Assembly: GCA_023667265.1 (NCBI GenBank)
Contig: JAMPAJ010000002.1
Span: 101,334-165,333, forward strand
Origin: Alistipes sp.
Lineage (GTDB): Bacteria; Bacillota; Clostridia; Oscillospirales; Ruminococcaceae
Length of the DNA stretch: 64,000 nt
Direction: 5' to 3'
Of the stretch, positions 45,976 through 54,617 are shown one piece after another. Below the pieces are notes generated by a model that saw nothing but the letters and a program-made list of their open reading frames with translations, had not been told where the DNA came from and did no database searches. The position numbers and the translations under genes are program-made. Numbering within the stretch: the first letter of the stretch is position 1; each line of letters begins with the position of its first letter.

Positions 45976-46377
45976 TTATATATAAAATCTATCAGTATCA
46001 CAGAATAGAATTACCTTTGCAAGTCCCCAAAGCCAAACAGCGGCAATAAATACCATACTGTATAATTTTGAGACAATTGTAGGCATAGAACCGCTAAAGA
46101 GGGTAAGGAGCGTTATAAATATAATGCAAAGGAAAAAAGTCAATCCCATTTCCTTGAACTCGCTCCAGCCGTTTCTGAGTGTCATAATTATTCCGATTAT
46201 TATTCCTATCATTCCAAGTCCGGCTATAAAGCTGCCGGCAAGTGCTATGAGGGAAGCCGCAAAATTCAAAAATAATAAAAAAGTATTCTGAAAAATCAGC
46301 AGCAACAGAGACAGCAAACCCAAAATCAAAAAAAGCACAAGCCGTATCGGAAAAGAAATTATTTTTAGAAAAATCAT
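45976..46377 (-). CDS. Multi-TM hypothetical protein (CD1845-like)
   Basis: Highly hydrophobic; LKIISFPIRLVL start typical of small ICE membrane proteins. Confidence 0.6.
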   Translation of the reverse strand: MIFLKIISFPIRLVLFLILGLLSLLLLIFQNTFLLFLNFAASLIALAGSFIAGLGMIGIIIGIIMTLRNGWSEFKEMGLTFFLCIIFITLLTLFSGSMPTIVSKLYSMVFIAAVWLWGLAKVILFCDTDRFYI

Positions 46378-46390
46378 AGTTATCTCCTTG

Positions 46391-46732
46391 TCATCTATTT
46401 GGTTCTTTTATCTCGCTGTTAAAGAAATCAATCAACAGTTCCTGAGATATGCTTGCGGCTTCGGCAAGCTGTATTATATGCTCTATTAAATCGGAAATTT
46501 TGCTTAAATACAGCTCCTGCGCGTTTTCCTTGCAGTTTTCTGTGAGTATGTAGCCGCCTGACTTAGTGCGGCTGACAATATCGTTTTCTAAGAGAATTTT
46601 AAATATAATGCCCATTTGCTTCGGCAAAAGGTTATAATCCCTTGTAAAAATAAATTCCCCCGATTTCTTTTTCCCCGATGTTATTTCATAAATGATTTGG
46701 TTCAAAGTCATTTCCTGCTTTGTAATACGCAT
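46391..46732 (-). CDS. GntR/YtrA-like winged-helix protein (divergent)
   Basis: NQIIYEITSGKKKSGE...LLENDIVSRTKSGGYIL plus a helical tail; RBS GAAAGGA. Confidence 0.55.
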   Translation of the reverse strand: MRITKQEMTLNQIIYEITSGKKKSGEFIFTRDYNLLPKQMGIIFKILLENDIVSRTKSGGYILTENCKENAQELYLSKISDLIEHIIQLAEAASISQELLIDFFNSEIKEPNR

Positions 46733-46749
46733 TGGTTTTTCCTTTCCGA

Positions 46750-46768
46750 GTGTGTCACCGTGACACAC
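46750..46768. repeat. ICE palindrome copy 11 (perfect)
   Basis: GTGTGTCAC-C-GTGACACAC, overlapping the stop of 46768-47253. Confidence 0.95.
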
Positions 46769-47253
46769 TACTCTTGCTCTGAATTGCCTGTCAAATCCTT
46801 GCTGTCAAAATAATCACCGATACTGTAAGAATTATAAACATCTTCGCTCACATCAAAATGATTGCTGCCTTGGTGTGTTTCTCCGTCATACTCAAATTCC
46901 GCGCTGATATGTATGCGGTAGACCGTAGGAACATAGCTTTTATTGCCGTTAAAGCTGTAACCGACCTTGCCGTCATAATAACCCACTCCTGCGCCGCCGG
47001 CTGTGTGTCCGTTGATTATTTCCTTGTCTGTTATAATTCCTGCCGAAACGCTCGCTTTAGAGTTGTATCTCATGCTGTTGCCTAAGCTATCAAAAACTCT
47101 ATCGAGAGCAATCCAACCTCCAATAATTATAAGGACAAGTGCTGCCATTTTAGAAAAAAGCAATATCATTTCTGCAAAGTCGAAATTAGTGTTTTTTCTC
47201 ACAGTATCTTCGGTTTCTTCTGTACTTTCATTCATTTCGTCAAACTCTGTCAT
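46768..47253 (-). CDS. Membrane-anchored hypothetical protein (DUF2500-like)
   Basis: One TM, then GIITDKEI...YRIHI...FDVSEDVYNSYSIGD. Confidence 0.6.
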   Translation of the reverse strand: MTEFDEMNESTEETEDTVRKNTNFDFAEMILLFSKMAALVLIIIGGWIALDRVFDSLGNSMRYNSKASVSAGIITDKEIINGHTAGGAGVGYYDGKVGYSFNGNKSYVPTVYRIHISAEFEYDGETHQGSNHFDVSEDVYNSYSIGDYFDSKDLTGNSEQE

Positions 47254-47273
47254 TTTAATTTTTTTCTTTCCGA

Positions 47274-47292
47274 GTGTGTCACCGTGACACAC
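47274..47292. repeat. ICE palindrome copy 12 (perfect)
   Basis: GTGTGTCAC-C-GTGACACAC; shares the flank TTTCCGA with copy 11. Confidence 0.95.
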
Positions 47293-47303
47293 TTTCTCAT
47301 AGA

Positions 47304-47639
47304 TTATGAAATAATCTCAATACCTTTTTTCAGAAAATAATTTTTTCTTTCTGTAGTATTCATTTTAACCTCATCACCGCTTAGCTCTATAATGTTGACT
47401 GAATTGTCATTGCAATTAACACCAATTTCATAAAATGGTTTGCGCCATTCCTTACCGCAGCTTTCACAGTGAGCATGACTAATCCGCCACACAGGTGGTG
47501 TGGTACATTCATCAGCAATTCTGTCCGAATATTCGTCAAAACCTTCGTCTGTCAGTACCGCTTTTTTGATATATGTAAGAGTGTAAAGGATGTCTACTAT
47601 TATTTCTCCGCCGCATTTTGGGCAATGTAGTATGTTCAT
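47304..47639 (-). CDS. Zinc-ribbon hypothetical protein
   Basis: MNILHCPKCGG...HAHCESCGKEW; RBS AAGGAGG. Confidence 0.7.
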   Translation of the reverse strand: MNILHCPKCGGEIIVDILYTLTYIKKAVLTDEGFDEYSDRIADECTTPPVWRISHAHCESCGKEWRKPFYEIGVNCNDNSVNIIELSGDEVKMNTTERKNYFLKKGIEIIS

Positions 47640-47657
47640 AAAATAACCTCCTTTATA

Positions 47658-47676
47658 GTGTGTCACCGTGACACAC
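47658..47676. repeat. ICE palindrome copy 13 (perfect)
   Basis: GTGTGTCAC-C-GTGACACAC, overlapping the last codons and stop of parB (SVSR*). Confidence 0.95.
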
Positions 47677-49600
47677 TCTCAAAATATTCCGTCAGCAGCT
47701 TTTCCGCAAGTTCGTCAAGCTCCTTTTCACTCTTGTCAATAGCAAACCTTGAAAAAATATTGTTGTAAACATTGCTCTTGTATTTCTTCAAAGGTTTCGG
47801 CGCAAGCAGCTTTGTAAATTCGTGGAACGGAACGTCCTCGCCGCCGTAAGTCTCTACGATTTGAGCAAACTCCTTTGCAATTTCGGGAGTGATTTTCTTG
47901 CTGTCGGGACGTGAAAGAAAATTCAGAACCGCTTTTTGATTTCCCTCCGAAAATGCCGCTATGATTTCGGCGGCGGCAAGCTGAATTTTTCCCTCGTCCG
48001 CATATTTCTGTAAATGAACATTCAGACTTGCTACACTTATGTAACGGTACATAGTCTTTTTCGATACTCCGAATTTAGCGGCAATTTCAGCGGCTGTCAT
48101 ATCAGTATCAGCACGCTTATCCATATATGCGGAGAATATTTTTCCGTACTCACTGGGCAAAGTCCTGTCCCTCTGAATATTGCTCTCTGCAACAATTTTA
48201 AAGGCTTCATCGTCTGTGATTTTTCTAACCACGCAAGGTACGGAAAGCAGATTAAGCTGCCGTGCCGCTTCATAGCGGTGATGTCCTGCAATTATCTGAT
48301 AATTATTACCGTCAGTTTTGCGGACTATCAGGGGCGTTACAATGCCTATATCCTCGGCACTCGCCATAATCTGAGCTATCTTGTCACTGTTCAGATTAAA
48401 CGGCTGTGAACCGCCTTTCTCGTCCTCATAGTGGTGCAGCAGATTAAGCTCGATACTTTCAACCTTTTCAAAAGAACTGCCCCACACATTGTTATAGGAC
48501 TGCTTTAATGCTGTGTTTTCCGTATCGGTCTTTTGCTTTGCTTCAATTCGTTTTTGCATTGCTTCAACACGCTTCTTGTCAATATCAAGCGGATTTTCAG
48601 CAGTTATCGCTATCATGTCCAACGGGTCAAGACAGCCGTGTTCGCTTATTTCTGAAAAGCGTGATAAATCAAGTTTTCCCATATTATTTTCCTTTCTGTA
48701 AATATTGTGCCGTCTGCAATAGTTATCCCACGTTTCGCTGCGGAATTTGCCGCTGTAAATAAATCTTTGTGCAAATTCCAACTGGATTTTATCAGGGATA
48801 ATACCCTTGCTTTCGTTTCTTTCCGCTTGGGCATAAAGCGTTATACCTTTGAATTTCTTTAGACGTTCCGCTCTTTCGGCTGCATTGTCAACGTCCTTTG
48901 TAACCAACAGATAAATAAACAGCCTGTAAGGTTTAACTCCGTATTTCATAAGAAGCTCCGCAGCATTTTCAATAGCTGCAATTTGCGCCGATGTATCGCA
49001 GCTGAACCGAATGTATTTTATCCATTTCAGCCGCGAGAGTATCTGCGCTATGCTATCGGTAACAAGACGTGCATCCATACCCTGATTAAGGTCAATAGCG
49101 TAACCGCTGTCAATCAGACTTTCGAGCTGCCGTATGCCGTATTCGCTTGCGAGAATGTTGTTGTCCATAAGCACAAGTTTACGGCTGTCAGGTCTTACAA
49201 GCTGCTCCCACGTTCTGTACGGCTTAATATTGCCCTCCTTTTCGGGAACAATGCACCAACGGCAATGATTGGGACAACCTCTCGTTATGTAGCCTATGGC
49301 GTAGTCACAGTCGGGATAAATACTGTAATCGGGAAACATTTCCTCAATTTCGGCAGGAAGAACGGAATGTATGTCATACCCCGTCCCTCCCTTGACCGTA
49401 TCGGGCGGCAGCAGAGGATTTTCGGGAGTAAAGTCAAAAATCTTGCTTGAATAGACCCTGTCGTATTTTTTCTCCGGCTGCCACCATTCAACGGTATCTC
49501 CAACAGATTTGTGATAAGCCGATATTTTCATAAGCGCGTAATTGGGGAACGTCTTTCTTTTCAGATATTCCTTTTCGCTGTCGTGTAGAGCGATGTTCAT
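47663..49600 (-). CDS. parB: Radical SAM protein fused in frame to a ParB/RepB/Spo0J-family protein (internal ParB start at 48682)
   Basis: N-half has CPNHCRWC (CxxxCxxC). C-half has GIVTPLIVR..IIAGHHRYEAA, ESNIQR and HTH MTAAEIAAKFGVSKKTMYRY. Internal RBS AGAAAGGA before MGKLDL. Confidence 0.85.
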   Translation of the reverse strand: MNIALHDSEKEYLKRKTFPNYALMKISAYHKSVGDTVEWWQPEKKYDRVYSSKIFDFTPENPLLPPDTVKGGTGYDIHSVLPAEIEEMFPDYSIYPDCDYAIGYITRGCPNHCRWCIVPEKEGNIKPYRTWEQLVRPDSRKLVLMDNNILASEYGIRQLESLIDSGYAIDLNQGMDARLVTDSIAQILSRLKWIKYIRFSCDTSAQIAAIENAAELLMKYGVKPYRLFIYLLVTKDVDNAAERAERLKKFKGITLYAQAERNESKGIIPDKIQLEFAQRFIYSGKFRSETWDNYCRRHNIYRKENNMGKLDLSRFSEISEHGCLDPLDMIAITAENPLDIDKKRVEAMQKRIEAKQKTDTENTALKQSYNNVWGSSFEKVESIELNLLHHYEDEKGGSQPFNLNSDKIAQIMASAEDIGIVTPLIVRKTDGNNYQIIAGHHRYEAARQLNLLSVPCVVRKITDDEAFKIVAESNIQRDRTLPSEYGKIFSAYMDKRADTDMTAAEIAAKFGVSKKTMYRYISVASLNVHLQKYADEGKIQLAAAEIIAAFSEGNQKAVLNFLSRPDSKKITPEIAKEFAQIVETYGGEDVPFHEFTKLLAPKPLKKYKSNVYNNIFSRFAIDKSEKELDELAEKLLTEYFESVSR

Positions 49601-49788
49601 ATATCATCATTTTCAGTTATCAGTTTTACCCAACATATACCTGAAAAAAGAAACATAAGTATATGAAGTCCTGCCCCAATTTTTACAAAGGTATAGTTAA
49701 ATCCTATCATCAGAACAATAAGAAGTAACATTGTGGCTACGCCATTTATAGCTGTGAGTGCTCTCATTTTTCTAATATCATTATTCAT
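49597..49788 (-). CDS. Small two-TM hypothetical protein
   Basis: Coupled overlaps with both neighbours; hydrophobic. Confidence 0.55.
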   Translation of the reverse strand: MNNDIRKMRALTAINGVATMLLLIVLMIGFNYTFVKIGAGLHILMFLFSGICWVKLITENDDI

Positions 49789-50159
49789 TATGATTTTCCT
49801 TTCTGTGTTGCTAATTTTTTATATTTATGATAAAGATTTCTTACTTGAATTTCAAGCTGTCTTTTTGCAACATATGCTTCGTATTTTTCCTCAACTTGTA
49901 AAAACATACGCTCAAAATTTGTTTCGGAAACTCCGTAAAATCTTTCAGAAGTATTGATAAATTCTATTTTTGTTTTTCCAACAATGTCTTTTATAAAACC
50001 CAAAATAACAAGGCTAATTGCAAAGCCTATCATTAAATACAAGTTTTCAAAGACCCAAGCAAACACAACAAACGCTATTGGAACTAAAGCAAAAGTGAAA
50101 TAAACGGCTTTAATCTTTTTAGCTTTTGAAAAAGATTTTATCACTTCTTCATAATCCAT
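49788..50159 (-). CDS. Membrane hypothetical protein
   Basis: Two TMs; RBS AGGAAAGG located within the parA 3' end. Confidence 0.6.
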   Translation of the reverse strand: MDYEEVIKSFSKAKKIKAVYFTFALVPIAFVVFAWVFENLYLMIGFAISLVILGFIKDIVGKTKIEFINTSERFYGVSETNFERMFLQVEEKYEAYVAKRQLEIQVRNLYHKYKKLATQKGKS

Positions 50160-50928
50160 ATTTTGTATTTCCTTTCCTGCTTATAATCTCCTCCGCAACA
50201 CTCATAAAAGCCTTGCCGATAGTGGTTTTATCGGAAATGCTCTTGTCCGACATAACCGACTGTTCAGCCTGCGCAGGACAGTAGGGGACAGTCGTGTTAA
50301 ACACCAAATCCCCGTAACGCTTTTTGACCTCGCTGACAATTTCGTGAGCAACGGAAGTCCGCTGCTGTTTGTTCAGAAGTATGCCGAGGACTTTAAGCTG
50401 ACGGTTCGTGCTGTTGTTTATAGACTTCACCTTGTCAATCATTTTGTAAAGTCCCATATAAGAATACAGACCACTTTCAACAGGAATAATCACGCTGTCG
50501 GAAGCATTCAGAGCATTAGCCGCAAGCAAGTCAAGAAGCGTTCGGCAGTCAAAAATTATGTAGTCGTAAGCCTTGGAAATTTCCTTGTCCAACGAACGTT
50601 TTATAACATATCCGCTGTCGCTGTCATTGGCAATAAAAGCCGTAATTCCCGTGAGCATTTGTGAAGCAGGAACATAGTCAACTCCGCTTTCGGAATGACG
50701 TATAGCTTCGGAACAGTCCATATCAATCCCCGCAACAGTGTTGTAAATAAGCTCCGCCGATGTAGGCTTTCCGTCATAAGAATAGCCGAGAGCTTTGCTT
50801 GCGTTCCCCTGTTGGTCAAGGTCGATTACAAGAACCTTTTTCCCCGACTTTGCAAGTCCCTTTGCCGTGTGTACGGCGGTCGTGGTTTTGCCCACGCCGC
50901 CCTTTTCCGAAATCACCGAAATAATCAT
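50149..50928 (-). CDS. parA: ParA/Soj-family partition ATPase
   Basis: Deviant Walker A KGGVGKTT, VIDLDQQGNAS, YDYIIFDC, VIIPVE. Confidence 0.93.
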   Translation of the reverse strand: MIISVISEKGGVGKTTTAVHTAKGLAKSGKKVLVIDLDQQGNASKALGYSYDGKPTSAELIYNTVAGIDMDCSEAIRHSESGVDYVPASQMLTGITAFIANDSDSGYVIKRSLDKEISKAYDYIIFDCRTLLDLLAANALNASDSVIIPVESGLYSYMGLYKMIDKVKSINNSTNRQLKVLGILLNKQQRTSVAHEIVSEVKKRYGDLVFNTTVPYCPAQAEQSVMSDKSISDKTTIGKAFMSVAEEIISRKGNTKYGL

Positions 50929-51257
50929 TTTGTACCTCCGTTTTCTGAATTTATATTTTCATCAAGATATTCAATATCCCTAAGAAATCTTTCAAGTATT
51001 TCCTTATTCTCGCCCTTGCCCGAAATATTCATCAGGTCAAGAGCGTAATTCATTCCCTGAACAAATCCGAGATACTGGGCAGAGTAAGCACGTTCATCAA
51101 TTTCCTCCCTAAGTTGATTTAACAGATTTTCGATTTTATTGCTATGCTCCATAAAATCCTTTACCCATATATTCTCTCTATCTATTTCGTAATCTTCCTG
51201 ATAGAAGTAAATTACTTTCCGCAAATGCTCTAATTTTGTAAGTTTTTTATTATCCAT
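50925..51257 (-). CDS. Hypothetical protein
   Basis: ORF coupled to parA (ATGA overlap). Confidence 0.6.
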   Translation of the reverse strand: MDNKKLTKLEHLRKVIYFYQEDYEIDRENIWVKDFMEHSNKIENLLNQLREEIDERAYSAQYLGFVQGMNYALDLMNISGKGENKEILERFLRDIEYLDENINSENGGTK

Positions 51258-51272
51258 TTTTCTGTCCTTTCT

Positions 51273-51875
51273 TTATTGCAGCAATTTATTTATTACCTTT
51301 TCTTTCTTTCCGATAGCCAACTGTTTATCTAAGGTAACCGAAAACGCTACTCCCATAATTCCCGCGGTGCTCCAACAAATGCCAAAGAAAATATTTCCGA
51401 TAATTCCAGTTGAAATTTCTTCAGACGGTATGAAAATATTATACCACACACCATTAACCCAACCGAGAATTGATATAGCTATCAATCCTGCAAGCCAAAA
51501 AAGCATAAGCAAAATAAGTCCCACATTAATGTGCCGCTTTTCAAGATAAGACTTGTATTCTTTTGTTCTGTCAGTGTCAATCGTGAAGTATTCTCTGACA
51601 AAGTTCTGTATTCTTTGCGGATATTTCGGAACATCATTTGAAAGAATACATTCTTCGTCTTCTTCAATCACATCGCTCAGATACATATAATCACAATCGT
51701 CTGATAATATGACTTTGTAGCAATCACAAAGTTTACTTTTCTCGTCTCGACAAAGAATAACCCGTGTTCCTTTGGTAATAATACCATTTCTCGTCTGCAA
51801 ATCTTTTTTCAAAATAAAGATAGTATTTTCATCAGGCATACTCTCTGCAATTATTTCTTCATTTGATTTAAACAT
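51273..51875 (-). CDS. Membrane hypothetical protein
   Basis: RBS AGGAGG; two C-terminal TMs. Confidence 0.65.
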   Translation of the reverse strand: MFKSNEEIIAESMPDENTIFILKKDLQTRNGIITKGTRVILCRDEKSKLCDCYKVILSDDCDYMYLSDVIEEDEECILSNDVPKYPQRIQNFVREYFTIDTDRTKEYKSYLEKRHINVGLILLMLFWLAGLIAISILGWVNGVWYNIFIPSEEISTGIIGNIFFGICWSTAGIMGVAFSVTLDKQLAIGKKEKVINKLLQ

Positions 51876-51891
51876 CGTATATCCTCCTGTT

Positions 51892-52344
51892 TTACCTTAT
51901 TCTCACCCGAAGTCCCTCTAACGGAATATTATTCCTGTCGGAACTTATCGACTTTGAACCGACAATATAATAGTCATCTCCATCGTGTTCAACGCTGCTC
52001 ACAACCCAACGATAATAACCGTTCCAATCATCATAAGCATAGTATTCTATGCTGTTTCCGCAAGTGTATTCGTGCGCTTCACACTCATATCTTCCGCCGC
52101 TGTTTTTGTGCAGAACATACTCGCCCCTTATCGGTTTCCGAAGATAGCTTATTGTGTCGCTTGCTTCGGAAATATTCAGCATAACTTTCCGAAGCTCCTC
52201 GACCAACAAAAGCTGTTCGGGACTGTTGCTGTCCGCTTCAATTCCCGATAAATCTCCGTTCGCTTCAATCCCTGTATTCTTGATAAGACGTGTAAATTCC
52301 GTATTAAGTACCGACAAGGATTTCATTAACTCGTTAATGTTCAT
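51892..52344 (-). CDS. DUF5348-like protein
   Basis: YVLHKNSGGRYE..YTCGNSIE..VEH..YYIVG..LEGLRVRIR. Confidence 0.75.
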   Translation of the reverse strand: MNINELMKSLSVLNTEFTRLIKNTGIEANGDLSGIEADSNSPEQLLLVEELRKVMLNISEASDTISYLRKPIRGEYVLHKNSGGRYECEAHEYTCGNSIEYYAYDDWNGYYRWVVSSVEHDGDDYYIVGSKSISSDRNNIPLEGLRVRIR

Positions 52345-52404
52345 TGCAATACCCCTTTCTTGTGGATAAATTAGTTTTGAGACATTACCTCAACCCCTGA
52401 TAAT

Positions 52405-52433
52405 ATTATACCATGAGTTGCCATAATTGTCAA
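52405..52433 (-). promoter_or_regulatory. Perfect sigma-A promoter driving the DUF5348-parA-radSAM/parB operon
   Basis: TTGACA-17 bp-TATAAT with extended TG. Confidence 0.8.
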
Positions 52434-52476
52434 TATATGGAAATATATTTTTCATATTTAACAAAATAAAAATTCA

Positions 52477-53838
52477 TTATTCAAGCTCGCCGTTTGACTT
52501 TTTTCTCTGTTGCTCGGAGCGTTCCACATCAAGATACGCTTCAATTTTTTCGTGAAGGTTTTCAAGAGTTTTCAGTGAGTGTTTCAGTGAGTTATACTCG
52601 TCAAGAAGCATTTCACGCTTGCTTTCGTTTTCGTTAATCTGCATTTCCAACACTGAACGGTTCGGTAGGGAAGTACCCTTGTATCTTTCTTTCAGCCATT
52701 CTTTCGAGGACTGAAAAATTGAAAGTTCGCGGCTGTGCTCACGTTTGAATTTTTCCCTGTCGGAACATTTCAGATATTCATCGTGAACGGCTTTTGTGTT
52801 CCAGTAGGTTTGAAGCATTTTCAGCAGCTCCCTTTGGCTTCGTATTTCTTTTTCAAAATCGTTCAGACCCTTTACAACATCAAATCTTCTGTCGTACTGC
52901 TCCGATATTTTTTCTTCGAGCTGCGGAACAGAACCGATACCGTATTCGGAAAGAACATTCAAAATTTTTGAAGCTTCCTGCATATTCTTAAGAGCCGCCC
53001 ACCTGTTAAGACCGACTGCATTTTCATCATTGGAATGATAAAAACCGTTATCTTTTACGAGCTTGTCCGTCCGCTTTCTCAACTGTCTTGCAATACGTTT
53101 TTCAATCTGTTCAGGCTCATAGTACCAACCTAATCTTTTTCGGCTGCACCTTGTAAAACGTTCCTGTCCCTCCGCTCTGAACGAGAGTGAACTGCCCCTT
53201 ATTTTGTATTCATACTTCTTTTCGGTCTGCATTTTTTTCAGAAAATCATCATAGCTTTCAGCAGACAAAATACAATCGTCAATTGCTCTTTTCAGCTTGC
53301 CTTTGTAGCTGTTGTCGCGCTGTTCCTGCAACCATTCATAATAGCATTTTCCGTAACCTTTTTCGGGCATTGAAATAACGGATAATTTGTTTTCAAGACA
53401 AATATCATCGCTTATTTTTCTAAGCTGTTTCCACGCAGGATTACTCTTTCTGTCATGCTCCGTTCCAAAGGCTAATCCGTTTTCAAAATTCACTCCGCAA
53501 ATGATTATGTGGTTATGAATATGTCCTCGGTCAAGGTGTGTGGAAATGACATATTCATACTTGCCTTTCAGAAATTCATCGGCGGTCTGAATACCTATTT
53601 TGTGCGCCTGTTCGGGAGTTACCTCGTCAGGCTTGAAAGACTGGATACAGTGAAAAGCAAGATTTTCTCCTTTGAATTTGTGACGTTCCCTTGTCTTTGC
53701 AAATTCAAGATACGCTGTTTGTTCACTGCAAGCGAACGTTGAAACAAGCAGATTATCATCAGTTTTTTCGGGATTGACAATGTAGAAAATAGCCTTGTCA
53801 AGCGTGGTTTTTATAGCGTGTATTTTCGTGTAAGCCAC
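52477..53838 (-). CDS. Relaxase (MOBP-type relaxase/mobilisation nuclease)
   Basis: MAYTKIHAIK..YIVNPEKT (catalytic Tyr), FHCIQSFKPDEVTPEQAHKIG, STHLDRGHIHNHII (3H motif). Confidence 0.93.
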   Translation of the reverse strand: MAYTKIHAIKTTLDKAIFYIVNPEKTDDNLLVSTFACSEQTAYLEFAKTRERHKFKGENLAFHCIQSFKPDEVTPEQAHKIGIQTADEFLKGKYEYVISTHLDRGHIHNHIIICGVNFENGLAFGTEHDRKSNPAWKQLRKISDDICLENKLSVISMPEKGYGKCYYEWLQEQRDNSYKGKLKRAIDDCILSAESYDDFLKKMQTEKKYEYKIRGSSLSFRAEGQERFTRCSRKRLGWYYEPEQIEKRIARQLRKRTDKLVKDNGFYHSNDENAVGLNRWAALKNMQEASKILNVLSEYGIGSVPQLEEKISEQYDRRFDVVKGLNDFEKEIRSQRELLKMLQTYWNTKAVHDEYLKCSDREKFKREHSRELSIFQSSKEWLKERYKGTSLPNRSVLEMQINENESKREMLLDEYNSLKHSLKTLENLHEKIEAYLDVERSEQQRKKSNGELE

Positions 53839-53839
53839 T

Positions 53840-54223
53840 TCATTTTTCCTCCGTTTCTTTCATAAAAAGCTTCATAATTTCAACCTGTTTTTTCTGCAAA
53901 AGGTCAACTTGATTTTTCAAATCCTGCAAGTCCTCACCGTAGAAATTTCCCGTTGAATTTACTCGCTTTGCGATTTGATTTATGCTTTTCGCGGCATTGC
54001 TCATAAGGTAATTATTCTTTCTGATTTCGCTTTCAAATTCGGAATAATCATACCTTATGCACTGTCCGTCAATAGCCATTTTTCTCAGATACGCTTCACG
54101 GTTTTTAATGCGGAGCATTTTCATTTTTGCCTGAATGAATTTCAGCTCATCTTCATCAACACGAAATGAAATTCTCTTTTTCCGTACTCTCTGTTTTTCC
54201 TTAATCTCATTTTTGTCGTTCAT
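53840..54223 (-). CDS. mobC: MobC relaxosome accessory protein
   Basis: RISFRVDEDE..YLRKMAIDG..SINQIAKRVNSTG. Confidence 0.9.
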   Translation of the reverse strand: MNDKNEIKEKQRVRKKRISFRVDEDELKFIQAKMKMLRIKNREAYLRKMAIDGQCIRYDYSEFESEIRKNNYLMSNAAKSINQIAKRVNSTGNFYGEDLQDLKNQVDLLQKKQVEIMKLFMKETEEK

Positions 54224-54247
54224 TTCTTAATCCTTTCCGCTGTTCAG

Positions 54248-54330
54248 AGGGCTTGGGAGACTTCCCAAAATGATTTTCAAAAGCCTTTGAAAATTGCGAG
54301 TGGACACCCACTTGCGTTGCTTGCTATATT
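54248..54330. other. Putative oriT region
   Basis: Upstream of mobC; short inverted repeats (TTGGGA/TCCCAA, TTTTCAAA/TTTGAAAA, GAGTGG/CCACTT) and CCACTTGCGTTGCTTGCTA, resembling MOBP oriT segments. Nick site not identified. Confidence 0.4.
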
Positions 54331-54514
54331 AGAACTACCCTCTACACTGATAATTACTTTAGCTTACCTCATACCATTACTATACCTTAGTGCCGAATAT
54401 GACATTTTGAAGCTGAAAGCAGAAAAAAGAAGTCCCTCTAATATTATAGTGAAAAAATAGGTCGTTTGTAAATAGGAAACATCTTGTTAAAATAAAAAAA
54501 TATATCTGTACATA

Positions 54515-54543
54515 TTTACAAATAAGGTTAAATAAGTTATAAT
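54515..54543 (+). promoter_or_regulatory. sigma-A-type promoter of the sigma-region-4 gene
   Basis: TTTACA-17 bp-TATAAT. Confidence 0.6.
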
Positions 54544-54617
54544 TAAGTTAATGCAAAACCTCAGAGGAGTTAAGTTTGCGGCTTCAAGCCGTAAATAAAT
54601 ACTTTGGAGGTTTTGCT

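Noticed and set aside
11729-47676. CRISPR array interpretation of the repeated palindrome
   Set aside because: Copies are hundreds to thousands of bases apart with whole genes between them, there are no constant-length spacers, and no cas genes were recognised.
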